A DNA stretch of 63,995 nucleotides, filler included, from Reticulomyxa filosa (taxonomy: Eukaryota > Protista > Foraminifera): assembly GCA_000512085.1 (NCBI GenBank). It is 23 parts of 23 records of this genome, joined end to end, with 100 filler letters (N's around TTAATTAATTAA, not from the genome) between each part and the next. Parts side by side here need not be neighbours in the genome. Positions count along the whole stretch, not along the records: positions 18,888 to 28,948 come from ASPP01013453.1; positions 29,049 to 30,976 come from ASPP01001805.1; positions 31,077 to 32,131 come from ASPP01043246.1; positions 32,232 to 33,658 come from ASPP01041567.1; positions 33,759 to 37,734 come from ASPP01006302.1; 18 more parts are not named here. One strand, 5' to 3'. The translations under genes and the position numbers were made by a program. Shown one piece after another: positions 21,999 through 35,598 of this stretch. The notes under the pieces were generated by a model. The model saw only the letters and a program-made list of their open reading frames with translations. It did no database searches and was not told where the DNA came from. Each line of letters starts with the position of its first letter. The first letter of the stretch is position 1.

Positions 21999-23740
21999 AT
22001 GTCTTCTGAGGGACAAGGTCAAAGGTTGAATCCCCAATGGTGGTATTTGCACGGCAAAGCGTACGACTTCAGTGCTTTTGCAACCAGACACCCTGGAGGG
22101 CAACAGGCAATATTTTTGGGACGAGGACGAGATTGCACAGCTCTGTTTGAAAGCTATCACACATATCTACCAAGCAGCGACATCTTAGCAAAATATGAGA
22201 TCCCAGAAGGAATACAAAGTTCGTACCCACTTTGCACTGAAAAAACGTGTTTTAAATATGAAAAAGATGGATACTACGCTGTTGTAAAACAACGTGCCCG
22301 TGAATATTTCAAGTTATTTTTTGTGATTAATTTTTTAATAATTGGAATTTGACTATTGTAACGACGTATACAAAAAAAAAAAACTTGCCCCTTTCAAAAG
22401 TTTCTATTATACGTTGTTGTTTTTTTTTTTTGTGGCGCCCACGTATAGGTCAAAAGGCTTGAGGCATACCAAAGGTACCTTTACAGACATACTGATGTGG
22501 TTCGCCAACATGGCAGCATTGGCGATAACGTTTTACTTTGCATTCGTGCGAGGCAGTGCAATTGCAGCGATCGTGTTCGGAATCAGCAAATCTTTGATGG
22601 TCATTCAATCCACACACGCTTGTTCACACTATTCTTTCAGTATCTATCCCAAACTCAATCGCTTTGTCTATTGGCTGAACATGTCTATTGCAGGAGATAC
22701 ACCAGCACAAGTTTATTTTTTTTTATAAAAAAAATAGTAATAATAACGTACAATTATTTTTTGAAAAAGAATATTCTTTTTTTAAAAAAAGTGGACAGCA
22801 AAACACGTGATCGCGCATCACATTGACACCAATATAACACCGGAAGATGACGACACCATGTATCCTTTGAAACGTGTGTTGCCTGGTTTACCAGTTTTGT
22901 TTTTTTAAAATTTTTTTTGTACGGCTCACTTTTTTTTTTTTTTGAAAGTACCAAAAAAAATATAAATAATAAAACAATAAACACAGCGCTGCTGGTGGCA
23001 TAGCTACCAACATTTGTACATTTGGATTCTTTATTTCTTTGTATTTTTACCTTGGACTGTGTCCCACAACATCAAAGTGATCTTTGGCCTCATTTATGGC
23101 AAGATGTTCGAAGGCGTTGCAGAAGTTAATTTTGTTTGAATAAACAACATTTGATAAGCTTTTATTAATTAGAAGAGACATTATTTGCAAAAATTTAGAT
23201 TTGTTTGTTTGTTTGTTGAAATTGCAATGCTTGGAAAACCAGGTGAGACATAATGGTGCATTTGACTGGACGGAAACATTGTCGTGCATAATGATTCATC
23301 ACATAACGAGACTGGCCCCTTTCTTCTTTGTAGACACATGGTTTGGCGCGATATTTGTAGTGCTTATGACAGAGTTGAGCAGCAGCATGTGGTTTTCGCT
23401 GCAATTTGCAGTAAATCACGAAATTGCTGAAGCAACGTTGTTCAGCGATTTGAGCACCAAAGTTCATAGTCAAAACAGAGATTGGGGAGAGCACCAATTG
23501 CTTACTTCTCACAATTATAGCATTGACTTTTCGCCCTCTTTGTATTTGAGTGGGGGACTGAATTACCAAATCGAACATCATTTGTTCCCTTCCATTCATT
23601 ACAAATATTACCCTGATTTGTCCAAAATTGTTCAACAAACCGCAAAGGAATTCAATTTGCCATACAATTCTTCTGTCACTTTTTTGGAAGGTATTGGAAG
23701 ACATTATCAACTGCTCAAAGAAATGGGAAGTAAAGATTAA
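21999..23740 (+). CDS. Front-end (delta5/delta6-like) fatty acid desaturase with N-terminal cytochrome b5 domain
   Basis: HPGG heme motif and histidine boxes HACSH, HVIAHH and QIEHHLFP. Multiple GT-AG introns. Confidence 0.92.
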
Positions 23741-24416
23741 CTTCTTTTTTGTTCTTGGTGTTTTATGTGGGACTGGGAGGCTTTTCCTTTAGGCTGGTTT
23801 GGAAAAGTTGTTTTTTTTTCATTTTAACTTACTTGTGTTATTGGGTGTGTGTTTTTTGTTTTTCTCCTTATAAAAGGAACAAACCATTTGTAAGTATATA
23901 TTGAATACGTTTGCTTAAATCGAAACTACTACAAAATCGCATTCCATGTGCTCCGATCCATTTTTACAAAACTCCAATTTTTAAGATTTCGTTTTTTAGT
24001 AACTCTTTGCGAGTGGTGTTTTACCAGAATGATTTCACTTCTAAAAAATCAAAGTGATTTTTTTTTACATCTGCTTTGGGAGTAAAATCCGAATATTTCT
24101 GGGGACACTGGTTTCGGAAAAAGAGTTGTAAGATAATTGCTTCAAATTCTGCAGTCGAAATTATTTTGGTATTTCCTTTTTTTCTCAGTGACGAAATGAT
24201 TGTTTAAAATGCCTCCGCAACAAATTAGATGTCAAAACTGTAGCCCTTAAGAGAGCACAAAAAATTTCAAACCCTTGACCTGTTTGCTATTTTACAAGAA
24301 AAAAATTAGTTTTTAATTTTCATAATGCAAAGTATTTCAGTGACGCAGTTTTCATTTAGAAAAACTCCTTTTTCTGCCTTCTGTTCATTTTTGTAATTTC
24401 AGGCAAATACTTGAAA

Positions 24417-26022
24417 ATGACAGAAATATTTAAGTGTAAATTACCAAAAAACGCTCGAGTCAGCTTGGAACGGGCGAAATGGAGCCTGAAAGAGTTTTTC
24501 CAAACATTTTGCGTGTCTCCAGAAGACGGATTAGTAGAGCTTAAAACATTGTTGAATTACACTTCTACTGATGTTACTACCAAAACTGAGGATTCTTTGA
24601 ATGAACACAAACTCCATGGGTACTTTTTTTTTCGATAAATACAAATTTGACAAATCATTTTATTTTATTTTTTATACGAAAAGATTTATGGAATTGGGCG
24701 GAGTAGCAAAAATAAAGGAACTGTTGAAATTAAGCATGCTAGCCAAGGACAATGAAAATTTATATAAATGGTTGGAATTATTGAATAACAAAAAATTTCC
24801 ATTTGACAAAGATCTGATGGTGAATGAGTTGCAAATGATTGACTTTTTGGAAGATTTGAAAAAATGGCAATCTGTAAACGAGGAAAAAAATATTACAAAT
24901 CAAATAGATACCATTTTAATTCAATGGAATAAAATCATTCAAAGTAATCAGTGTATTCCACCGAAACAAAAAAGAATTGGTTTTTATGAAACTGAAAACA
25001 AACAAGAAAGAGTGAATTGTATTGAATATTCTGTAGAAGATGCTCCCATTCAAATTTCCTTTTCAGAATCAATTCCATTTCAATGTTAGTTTGCGCTGTG
25101 CTTTTTATTTTTTCAATTTTAAACTAATGTGTTCTTTTCACTGATAAACAAAACGCTAAAAGCCAAAAACACGAAGAAGAGATTAAAATCCAAATACAAT
25201 AAGAAATGTAAGCAAGATAAATCGAAACATAAAAGATCCAATCGTAAACACAATGGTGGTGATTTAAATATTACTTTGCCCAATGGAATTAACACTAATG
25301 CTAACAATAATAATGCAATTGAGCCAGTATTTTTGAGTGAATTTCATTGCAATAATCCAAATTGTGTACATAAATATAAACGTTGTGCGAGCAGATCCAA
25401 TACTATCTTTGCTTGTGATCCTGTTACTTTGATTGACGCAACATCAACAAGTGATCACAAAAAACAAACACAAATGGCAGTAAACATCAATGAAAACAAA
25501 CACAAAATAGAATTAAATTCGGCAAGTGCCGCACAAAAAAATATTTGTAAAGAATATGACGGTATTCATGCAAACAACTTACCGATAAAAACAATATCGA
25601 TTCCAAATATAAACAAAAAACGCCGTTTAAACGATGGCAGTGTACAAATTATTGCTATTGACAATGAGTATAACGTCTTTTCAATATCCATTATCTATAC
25701 CATTGAACAAATCCTTTTTTTTTTGCCAAAAATTGAACAGATTAAATGAAAAGAATAATTTGCAGACGTACAGCCATAAAATAATTAAACCATTAATTAT
25801 CCGCCAGGAATCGAATATATTTCCATATCCTGTTATCTTACAAAATTCCAATGAAGGTTTGTTTTTTTCTTATGCATTTTTTCTTATCAACAAACCTTTT
25901 TTGAAAACAAAACAAAAGGTAATTTTCATAATAAGAAATTTGTCATCGAAGTTGTGTTGAAGACAAAAAACTTGCAACTATGGAAATTAAAGAACAGCTC
26001 TGGATGCACAAATTATATTTAG
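24417..26022 (+). CDS. Hypothetical protein with a TFIIS-N-like domain and an RVxF-like motif (PNUTS/PPP1R10-like)
   Basis: FMELGGVAKIKELL...LYKWLELLN..FPF....IDTILIQWNKII resembles the TFIIS-N (LW) helical bundle and is followed by KQKRIGF. The gene is multi-exon. Confidence 0.5.
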
Positions 26023-27566
26023 TGTCAGCACATCAATTTCTCAAAAATTTCATTTTGGTTAAACTATTGCAGTAAACCAAAAATAAATTTATGAATATTT
26101 AATTTCATTTTTCAATAGTCGTGATTGCCCTTGATTAAGAAATTTACATTAAATTAAATTTTTATGATTGTCGTCTCATAGATGTAGACGGTTGCCTCAA
26201 AACAATATTCACTAAAATGAAACATTTACAATTTTGTTCGTGAAAAATCAACATTTTAAAAATCATGTCTAGAAAAAAAACAAACGAGCAAAACCTTAAC
26301 TTTAATATTTCTGAATTTAGTTATTCGTTCGTATGCAACAAAGTCAATGTGTTGCTCGTAGAAACTTTGAAAATTTTATAAACTACTTGTCTAGCATCAA
26401 AATTTCATCATTACCAAAACTTTTTATTAATCTAAGAAAAAAATTGAAAACAGGCCAGGATTGTTTATTTTTCTGTGCTCGACAATGCATTTAAATTTCA
26501 TACATAATGTTCTGCTTTTTTCTACAGAACAAAAAGAAATTAAAATTTCTTTTTTTAAAACAAGATTTACATTTATAGCCGAAGAAATAAATTGATAAAC
26601 ATGTAAGCACAATTTAACAATTGTTTTTTAAATTACAAAAAATAATCATTTTTAAAAAGTGTGATGTATGTGCAATTTTTAGGAACGCCCCGTATATATT
26701 TATATTTTAAAATTTGTTATGTTGTCTGACAGTATCAAGTGGCTTGATTATGATTTTTTTACTTTTTTAAAATAGATTGTCTAAATAAACTGATTAAATG
26801 TATGTACAATTTATTTTACATAAATCGCACTTTTTATTTTGAAAAAAATTATTTTAGATTGTAATAATATTTTTTGTGACATATAAAATTCTGAAATACT
26901 TTCTAGTTATTTGTTGGACAAAAATGAAGACAAATTTTGTGGTAAAATTTTAAGATGTTTTTGTTGTATAACAAACAGCATTGCGATATCGAGATATCAA
27001 AACTTGCAAGAAATAAAAATCAATGCATTGAATTTTAACACATATTTATGCTGTCTTCAGTTTGTACATTGAGAATAAATGACACTTTTGATTTTTTCAA
27101 AAAAATCGAACAAAATTTGTTTGAACTATTTGTATTAGAAAAGCAACCTCAATTTGGATCAGATTTTAATATAGAAATCGTTTATTTTTAAAAAGAAATT
27201 TAAAAAATTGATTTAACGTTGTAGGGGTCGCTTTAGAAGGATTTTTTGGTGATCAATTGTATTTCCTAAACACTATCATGATAATCTTGAAATATGATTT
27301 AGGTTTTTTCAAGATTTTTAAAAACTGTCGTTGAGTTTTTATGATTTTTGGATCTTTTTTTTGTGCGATTGTAAAAACTAAAAAAAATCCTTCATTAGCA
27401 ATTGCGTTCTAATACATGGTAAAAATTCATATTGAGCTGAATCATGTCAAAAAAGGAACATGGACTCTGCTGAAATGGAGCTTTGGCAAGTTTTCACACA
27501 CAAAATTTTTTTCATTGAAAAAAAAAAGACGAAAAGTGCAATTAAACAAACGGACCACATGAAATC

Positions 27567-28134
27567 ATGCATCTAATAATTGCTGGGATTGCATCGACAT
27601 GTCTATGTGCTGTCGGAATGGCAGCTTATTACAGTACACTAATCACTAAAAAGCAACAATTGAGAGTTTTTTTCTATTGTCAACGTCATCACCCTTTCTG
27701 AAAAATTTTTTTAAAAGAGAAAGGGTCAGTGATATGTTATATTTCAAAAAAAAAGTTTCAAAAACGGACGTCGCTGACATTGGGAGGTAAGCCATTGTAC
27801 AGGAGTCGTACAAAAAGAAGCAAAGTTTAGTTAGTAGTGGTGAAGCGTCAAAGAAAGAATATATCTACTAGTCAACGACGAGAAACTTGACAGAGCGATT
27901 GGAAAGCTATTACGAGAATAGCAAGTCCATAAGTATTGACAAGCAGACTCAAAAAGGGTATGAGAAGCTGAACAAGCGAATCAGTGCGAAAAAATTGTTT
28001 TTGTTACTATGATGTGCTGCATACGTAATTGCAAGTGTCATATCGTCTGGAAGAATATTAATCTGAGTACAAAAACTAAACAGCACCAAATCGTCCGAAG
28101 CAGCAAGTTTGAAGAATTTGAAACTAAACAATAA
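27567..28134 (+). CDS. Possible small multi-exon protein with an N-terminal hydrophobic helix
   Basis: MHLIIAGIASTCLCAVGMAAYYSTLITKKQQLR|GT... and a last exon AG|HQIVRSSKFEEFETKQ*. Internal splicing is unresolved and the gene is absent from the ORF track. Confidence 0.35.
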
Positions 28135-28248
28135 TGACATATAAAGCGACTGTGATTGATTATAAAATCATATAACGCAAACTTGTAAATTGTTGGTCGT
28201 TTTGACAGTCTAGTATTAGAAAAATGTATTTATAAATAAATATATTTA

Positions 28249-28948
28249 CAGTATATTGCAAAAAAAAACTGCCATGCCTAAATAGCACTATATGAAGAGA
28301 ATTGATTTTCTAAATGAAAAATAAAGATTTAAACATAATTTTTTAAAAAAATATCTACTAATATTGTAGTTTTTAAATACGAAATTGGTTTTATAATAAG
28401 TTTTTTTAGATTGATCAAAAATGTTAAAAATTTCGAAGGAATTCATTTAAATTGAACATGTATTGAAAATAAGAAATTTTTTAATTTTTTTGTTTCATTT
28501 TAAGCCACTTAGACACTTTTAAAAAAAGAATTAGATTTTTATCTTTAGTAATTTTTAACAAAATTTTAAAAACATTTTTTTGATTATTTGAAATTTTTTA
28601 AAAATTTTTTTGTTAAAAATTTGTTTTTTTTGTAATGTTTTTACCATTTTGTTGGTTTTTCTTGTGCATTGATTACAGTTTCAATTTTCCTTGGCATTGA
28701 CCCAATTAGAGCATCTTGACATAGTTAAATGTCATTTTTTTCACATATTTTTTCAAATTTTTCACAAAGTTTTGTTTATTGCTAATTTTTTTGCCTTTGT
28801 ATAATTTTACTTTAATTATCCACCAAATGTTTTTAATTGGGTTTAGGTCTGTTGAATTAGCAGGAAAATTTATTAGTTCTATATTATTTCCTTTAAACCA
28901 ATCTATTATTTCTTTAGCTTTGCGACATGATGAATTTTCTCTGACCTG
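28249..28948 (-). mobile_element. Tc1/mariner transposon 3' half (transposase C-terminus plus TIR)
   Basis: The minus strand encodes ...DWFKGNNIELINFPANSTDLNPIKNIWWIIK...LIGSMPRKIETVINAQEKPTKW*. The TIR ends ...GCAATATACTG|TA at 28249. Confidence 0.85.
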
Positions 28949-31076
28949 NNNNNNNNNNNNNNNNNNNNNNNNNNNNNNNNNNNNNNNNNNNNTTAATTAA
29001 TTAANNNNNNNNNNNNNNNNNNNNNNNNNNNNNNNNNNNNNNNNNNNNAGGCAGAAACGATCCAACATTAAATAGCTTTTTCTTTTTTTATGGCTGGACG
29101 CCAGAAACATCTAAAACATATTGTGGTCGTGCAGTAATTGCATGTGTCACATGGCCTTTCGAATGATGCATGCAAAGAATAAAAAACAGACAAATTTTCG
29201 ACTACTGGGAAAGTGGCCATTGCGGCATGGATTTTGGCAATTGTTGGTGTTGCTAGAAATGATCGCAAATACGAAATTTTATCTCTGGCTTGGATTGTAA
29301 AGCACAGTGTGATTCATTTGCTTAGGCACTTTGCCTTGATTTATGCATTCGATACAATCGTTTCACCAAAAGTATAAAATTTAAAGTTTTAAATTTTGTA
29401 CATGTGCATTTTTTTTTTCCCGATCTTTGCAGTGTGAAGACTGTTAAAGTGAATTTTGTCAAATGTTTTTCTTTCTTTGTGAAATATCATTTTTTAATAC
29501 ATAATATTTGAAAAAAATTTGCTGAATCTCCAGGATAAATCAACAAACAAGAACAACCAGATATTTATGAATTGTCAATACTTTTCCCAATTTTATTTCC
29601 ACGTTAAAAAAAAATTCATTTGAGCAAAACTTTTTAGTGTAAAAATTTTCATGTTCTTCATCATAGTGACTTGGACTCTTTACTTTCCTTCTGCCATTGA
29701 ATCGGTTAATTCAATAGACAATAGACTCCAATCTTGAGGAGTCTTCTCTTTTCGTGCTGTCTTCTGCTGGACCGCAAGTTTCATCAAGTAATACTTATAC
29801 TCGTTGGCTAGACCAAGTGGGCCATACAAAACTTCGAGCGTCAAAACAATAAGCAATCCGCAACATTGACATCGTTCATGATAAGAAAGATCATGTTTTG
29901 CATACTTTCTTTTTTTGGTTTGGATTTTGTGCAACTGTTCAGTGTTGTACAAAAATAAATATTGATATCATTCTTTTTTGTGAAAATAATAAAAGAACAT
30001 TTTGCATTGCGAGAGATGATTAAGTCATTTTCAAAAAATCAGTCTTATTGAACACACTCTTTAGATGACATTCACACAAAACGAGTCCTGCAAAAGGAAT
30101 AATTTAATGTTACACGCAGTCAATTCGTGCTGCTGTGAGCTTCCAACATATCTGCACTTTTGCTTTTCTTCAAAAGCTTTAATATTAAAACACTAAAGTC
30201 ACATCATTGCCACATTCATACAGAACTATCGTTTTTTGTCACGATAAATTTGCAATGATAATGCTACAGAACAAGTGAACGGCCATTTTTCAGTCCACTG
30301 CTCAGCATTATTTGGCTTGTTTGCTCGTCCAGTTCTTGTTTCTCGTTCTCTTTTCTTTGTCCAAGGAAGGCATACAAATAGATTCATGCTCATTTTCTTC
30401 TTGGACGAGATGATTCAGACAGTAAATTTTGTTTTGGTAAAGACTTTGGGTCAGTTGAAGATAGAAAAAAACCTTGAACTCTAATCTTAAAACTCTCAAT
30501 TCACTAAGTCTTTTTTCTTTTTTCAAGCAAAATAATCTGGGTCTGATTGAAAAACCTAAAAACTAAATCAGTATTTTTTAAAATTTGTCTGTTTAGAATA
30601 TCGTTTCTTTGCATTAAAACTTGTTTCAGTTTTTGATGAAACAAAAAGTGTGGTGCGTTGTTGTAAATGTTAACAATTGGACTCTCATCAAAAAAGAAAA
30701 CTATTATTACACAAGAAATGAAGCAAGAAAAAGTGGATGTGCATGCTCGGAACAGTGAACTCTGTCTTGAAGAGCGTTTGACTTCACTGGCTCGTTAAAC
30801 GTACAAACCTTTACAGGTATTAGTGGATGATGGTTCAACTGAGAAAACAAAAGAAATTTTGGAAACATACAAAGCAACACAATGGCATGTCTTGTACCGA
30901 CATTGAAAATAGTATGACGTCCTGGAACTGGCCATATATTAAAGAAGATATTATATATGTTGCTCGAATAGATAGTNNNNNNNNNNNNNNNNNNNNNNNN
31001 NNNNNNNNNNNNNNNNNNNNTTAATTAATTAANNNNNNNNNNNNNNNNNNNNNNNNNNNNNNNNNNNNNNNNNNNN

Positions 31077-31662
31077 GGATCGGGATGTTATCAACTTTAT
31101 CACGAGCATGCGTGCAGCTGAAGTGAACATGCCAAAAGTAGATCAGATTCCATTTTGGGACAAACCTGCAATGCAGATTACTAGGCCTCCTCACCCATCC
31201 AAATCTCCATTTCCAAAATGGAGCGAACCAACATCTGATCAGATCTTGTCATCGTTGCAACAAGATACTGTAGTGAGTGATACAAGATTTGACATTCTCC
31301 AACTGGAAAGAGTTGGAGTTTTTTATTAAAGGACTAACAACTGCTATCGGCTCCGAAATAGAAGCCATTCGTTAAGCATTGGAGTATATCACTCGAAGAG
31401 TGCTTATTTTGAGTGACTGCAAGTTTGTAGTCGAATGCCAGAGATTCATGAAAGATATTGGCGAACAGAATGTCTAAAATCTATTTGATCAAAGATCATT
31501 TTGACATTCCTGGGAATAATTAAGCAGATATCGTGGCAAAGAGGGCAAGATTCAAAGCCGAAATGGATCAACCAGATCTGTATTGCAGGCCAGATAAATC
31601 AGCTCTGTTTCTGAATATACAGGGCCTAAATCCATTTTTCACTTTCTAATGGAATAGACACT
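31077..31662 (+). mobile_element. Non-LTR retrotransposon remnant (RNase H region)
   Basis: TTAIGSEIEAIR*ALEY..RVLILSDCKFVV...IKDHFDIPGNN*ADIVAKRAR. Same family as 53446-54905; contains stops and frameshifts. Confidence 0.75.
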
Positions 31663-32231
31663 AAAAAAAAAAGATTTCGTCGCAGAAAGTTCAGCAAATT
31701 TCGCAAAGAAAGAAATTTTCAACTAGTAAAAATTTTTATAGTGATAAGTAAGTGACATATTGCTTCTTCATTTTTGTTTTGTAGTTCATTTGGGGGCTTA
31801 GTCGTCGGTTCAGAATCTAGTGTTGTGCATGTGATAGAATGTCGAACCTTGCTTGCCTTAAGAGTGTAAGACGCCTTTGAGAAATTGGCAATCTCGAGGC
31901 AAATACACATCCCGATCCAACTATATCTTTTTCTTCCATGCTGAGATATCGTGTGGTTGGTTTTCCACAGATTATAAGCATGAGTCAGATTGTGATCAGG
32001 AAACTTTTTGCTCATTCGGATACATTTTTGGTAAAACTTTACTTCTTCTTGCCGTCTGCGCAACTCCAACAGGGGAGTCTGTGATATGATATTCACAGTA
32101 TCATATGCAGAGCTAGTCCGAGTATCTTGCANNNNNNNNNNNNNNNNNNNNNNNNNNNNNNNNNNNNNNNNNNNNTTAATTAATTAANNNNNNNNNNNNN
32201 NNNNNNNNNNNNNNNNNNNNNNNNNNNNNNN

Positions 32232-33169
32232 TTCGTGGAAGATCAAAAATAAAAAAACCATATCTTAAGAAAATAAATCGTCAAAAACATTTAATATTTG
32301 CTATCAATTATAAAAATTGGATAATTGAAGAATGGAAGAAGGTAGTGTGGTCAGACGAAAGTAAGGTAAGTATTTTTGACTCAAATGGCCGGCAGTATTG
32401 CTGGAGAAAACGTGGAGAACCAATTCAAGATAGTCATGTAATTCCAACAATAAAGCATGGTGGATGATCTTTCATGATATGGGGTTGTATGACTTGGTAT
32501 GGAGTTGGTTTTTTATGCAAAATTGATAATACTCTAGATGCTGCATTTTAGGGGATGAATTAATGAAAATACTAGAATAGTATCAAATGGAAAAACGTGA
32601 TATCATTTTTCAACATGACAATGACCCAAAACATACAGCAAAATCTACACAAAAATAGATTGCAAAAAATAATATTAATGTTCTTCAGTGACCTTCACAG
32701 TTTTCAGATATGAACCCGATGGACTATTTGTGGAATGAATTAAAACGACGTATTAAAAATCATAAAAATCACCCGACATCAATCCAAAGCTTATGGGAGA
32801 TTGTTCAAGAGGAATGGGAAAAAATACCGGTAGAATTTTGTCAGAATTAATTAGCAGTACGCCGGAGAGTGTTTTAGAACTGAATAAAAAAAATAAAAAC
32901 TATCATTTTGTATAACTTCTTTTTTTTTCAAGTAATTTCTTAGTAGATTTCTAGAAAAAGCGTATGTACGTAGTTAATAATTTTGAACATGAAATAGATT
33001 ATAGATTATCAATCTGAAAAATCAAAAAATGCATATTTCTAGAGTATAAATTTAAGATACAACTCCTATAAATTTTCAAGAAATTATCTTTTTTCGTTAT
33101 GGAGATATTTGCATTTAAGTAAAAAACTTCAGAAAATTTGCAACATCTGAACACTTTTGACCGCAACTA
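32232..33169 (+). mobile_element. Tc1 (DD34E) transposon remnant with 3' TIR
   Basis: WKKVVWSDESK...IKHGG*SFMIWGCMT...IFQHDNDPKHTAK...*PSQFSDMNPMDYLWNELKRR, with in-frame stops. It ends in ...GAACACTTTTGACCGCAACTA|TA. Confidence 0.92.
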
Positions 33170-33864
33170 TAATATAATAAAAAAAAGGAACGCATCAATA
33201 AATTCATTTACAAATAAGTAAAATTGAAATTGCGCAAAACATAAAAAAAAGTTGTAATATTGACGTAAAACCTATGCTTGAACGTCCTTACTAATGGTGC
33301 TAAAAGTAGTTTTACTAGCGAAGCAAACAACAGCACTGCTGGAATGTATCTTCAATGAGGAGAATGTCCTATTGATACTTGTTGAATGTTTACGTTCTTG
33401 CCTGACTTTCAGCGTACATTTTAGATGCTTAATAGATGAAGCAACCAAAAAAGGCTAAAAAAAAAAAGGAGAAGTTTTATAAAAAAAGAAAAGGTGCAAA
33501 CAGATTTTAAAAAAAGCAAAGGAAGGGAAAAGCGAAAAAGAAAAAATCAAATCAGGCGGCGCCGCCCAAACTGCTTTTACTTTTTGCTTTTGTCTTCCAT
33601 TGCTTTTTTTAACTTTGACTTTTCTCGCAAATGGAAAGGAGCTATTGAGTCGCGATTGNNNNNNNNNNNNNNNNNNNNNNNNNNNNNNNNNNNNNNNNNN
33701 NNTTAATTAATTAANNNNNNNNNNNNNNNNNNNNNNNNNNNNNNNNNNNNNNNNNNNNCCCTCCCCCCCCCCCCCCCCCCCCCTTTTTTTTTTTTTTTTT
33801 TTGAGTGCAAATGTGACTTTTAGTAGTCGTGAAAAACATGTGCAAAAAAAAAAATCCGCATAAT

Positions 33865-34430
33865 AATACCATTGGGGGTGAAAATAGTGGTAACGGATGA
33901 GATAAATGAAATATATGTCAATCAGATTCCACAAAAAATATACAAAAGAGTGGGTCAAATTGACAATGACAATGGCAGACACGATGCGACTAAGAATGAA
34001 ACAACAAACGGCGACATAAAAAACAATGGAAATTTTCTCTGACAAAGGGGTCGCGGAGTGGCGGCTATAGTAATTGAGAATGTTCAATAATGCAATGTGA
34101 AAAGACTCACTGACTATATTTAAAACGATGTTCATCATTAGGGTTTTATTTGCACGCACAAACCTCCCTATTCGTTGAATTGGATTACTTCCGCCAAAGT
34201 TCACATCGTCGTCGATTCTTGTCAATTCTCCGTCTACTGTTTTGTGTTTTTTGCTGATACGGACATTATCTCCGCATTGTCGACAAGCTTCTTGTCGTTA
34301 GTTCCCTGGTTCTGTTCCTCGTTGGGCGAGAGGAAGTTTGAACGAAGGGTTTCATTTGCTACATGCTGGTTGTTTTGATAACTGTTTGAGACTACTGGAG
34401 ACAATTCCAAATGTCCATTTTCTATGTAAA
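33865..34430 (-). CDS. Hypothetical membrane protein, partial, one probable homopolymer frameshift
   Basis: A polar N-terminal part (ENGHLELSP...AEIMSVSAK) shifts frame at ~34250 into KTVDGELTRIDD..., which is followed by about three hydrophobic helices. Confidence 0.5.
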
Positions 34431-34837
34431 CTTTCGTTCGTCGACGAACAACACAGCATAGTGACAACAACAAGAAGATAAGGTAAAGTTGGAAATACAC
34501 GAGAAAAGAAACAAAAAACATGAAGATGTGAGGGTTTTTTTTGCTTTGTTTATTTTTTAAAAAAACAAGCTGGGTAGGACCAGCATGGTGTAGAGAAAAC
34601 AAGAAAAACATTTGGTTTAAAGTATAATAACTATTATTTTATAAGTTTAATCTTTCAATGATAATAAAATGCCTTTGTTATGTAAAATAAAAAGAATTAC
34701 GATGTACCATCCTCAACAAAGTTTATGCGTCGGGCCGTGGGAGTGTACTCGTTTGCTCTTAGTCGGTCCAAAAAAAAAGGGAGCTGATCTTTCCTTTTTT
34801 TGTTATTATTGGCAGTTGAGAGGAGGGAAATAAAGAC

Positions 34838-35598
34838 ATGACAGCATATGACCAGAGAGAGAATTTTGTCTTGTTGGATTTTTCGTTTTTTTTGCCAATG
34901 GACGAGCGAATTCGAGCAGAGCATATCCAAGAAGCAATCCGAGAGTGTTGTAGCATTGGTGTTGAGTGATCTTTATTTTTGTGTGAAAACTGGAGAAAAA
35001 AGTTGCGTGAAGAGAGTATTACAAAATCCAAAAAAAAACAAAAAAAATTGAACGGAAAGAATAGGATGATGAAGGTACAGTATTGGTGGACGAGTTTGCT
35101 CCAACAGATTCGAAAGATAAATTATGCATAAAGGGTTATGTGGAAACGACACAGCACGAAGGTGACCGAATAATGAATAGTTTAAACGCGCAATTTGCGC
35201 GAGATGGTGTAACAGAGCATTTAATGAGTGTATTGGGGATTGAGTCTCCAGTGTTAAGAGCAGAGAAATTTACATGTCGTTTCTCTAGCGAAGGACCAGA
35301 ACACTTGACAGATTTGTTGGACGTGAGCGCACAACAAATCGAACATCCCGAAGACCAAGGCTACGAATATGATCATGAAAGAGACGAAAATATTAATGCG
35401 TCCTCTGGCACGCAAAGAGTCAAGGGTGGTGATACTGGCAATATGATCACTCGAAACAATGACAATGCAAATAATCCCTCATTCCAACAACATGCCACCA
35501 ACGATGAGCCACAAGATGCTGACATACTAGGTGGACATGATGGGGTCATGTATTTACCTGATGATGCTGAATTCGATGATCCTAGTGTCCCAGTTTAG
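34838..35598 (+). CDS. Hypothetical protein with an acidic C-terminus
   Basis: Exon MTAYDQRENFVLLDFSFFLPMDERIRAEHIQEAIRECCSIG splices in phase 0 to DDEGTVLVDEFAP...DDAEFDDPSVPV*. Confidence 0.6.

Noticed and set aside
26674-26697. Mariner-like TIR end (TTTTTAGGAACGCCCCGTA)
   Set aside because: No partner TIR or transposase found nearby; too short to support.
29049-30976. Short ORFs of 55-90 aa on both strands
   Set aside because: No motif and no consistent splice model.
34234-34236. Possible stop-codon readthrough or alternative genetic code
   Set aside because: The flanking ORFs are in different frames, so this is a homopolymer frameshift. Intact genes use TAA, TAG and TGA as stops.
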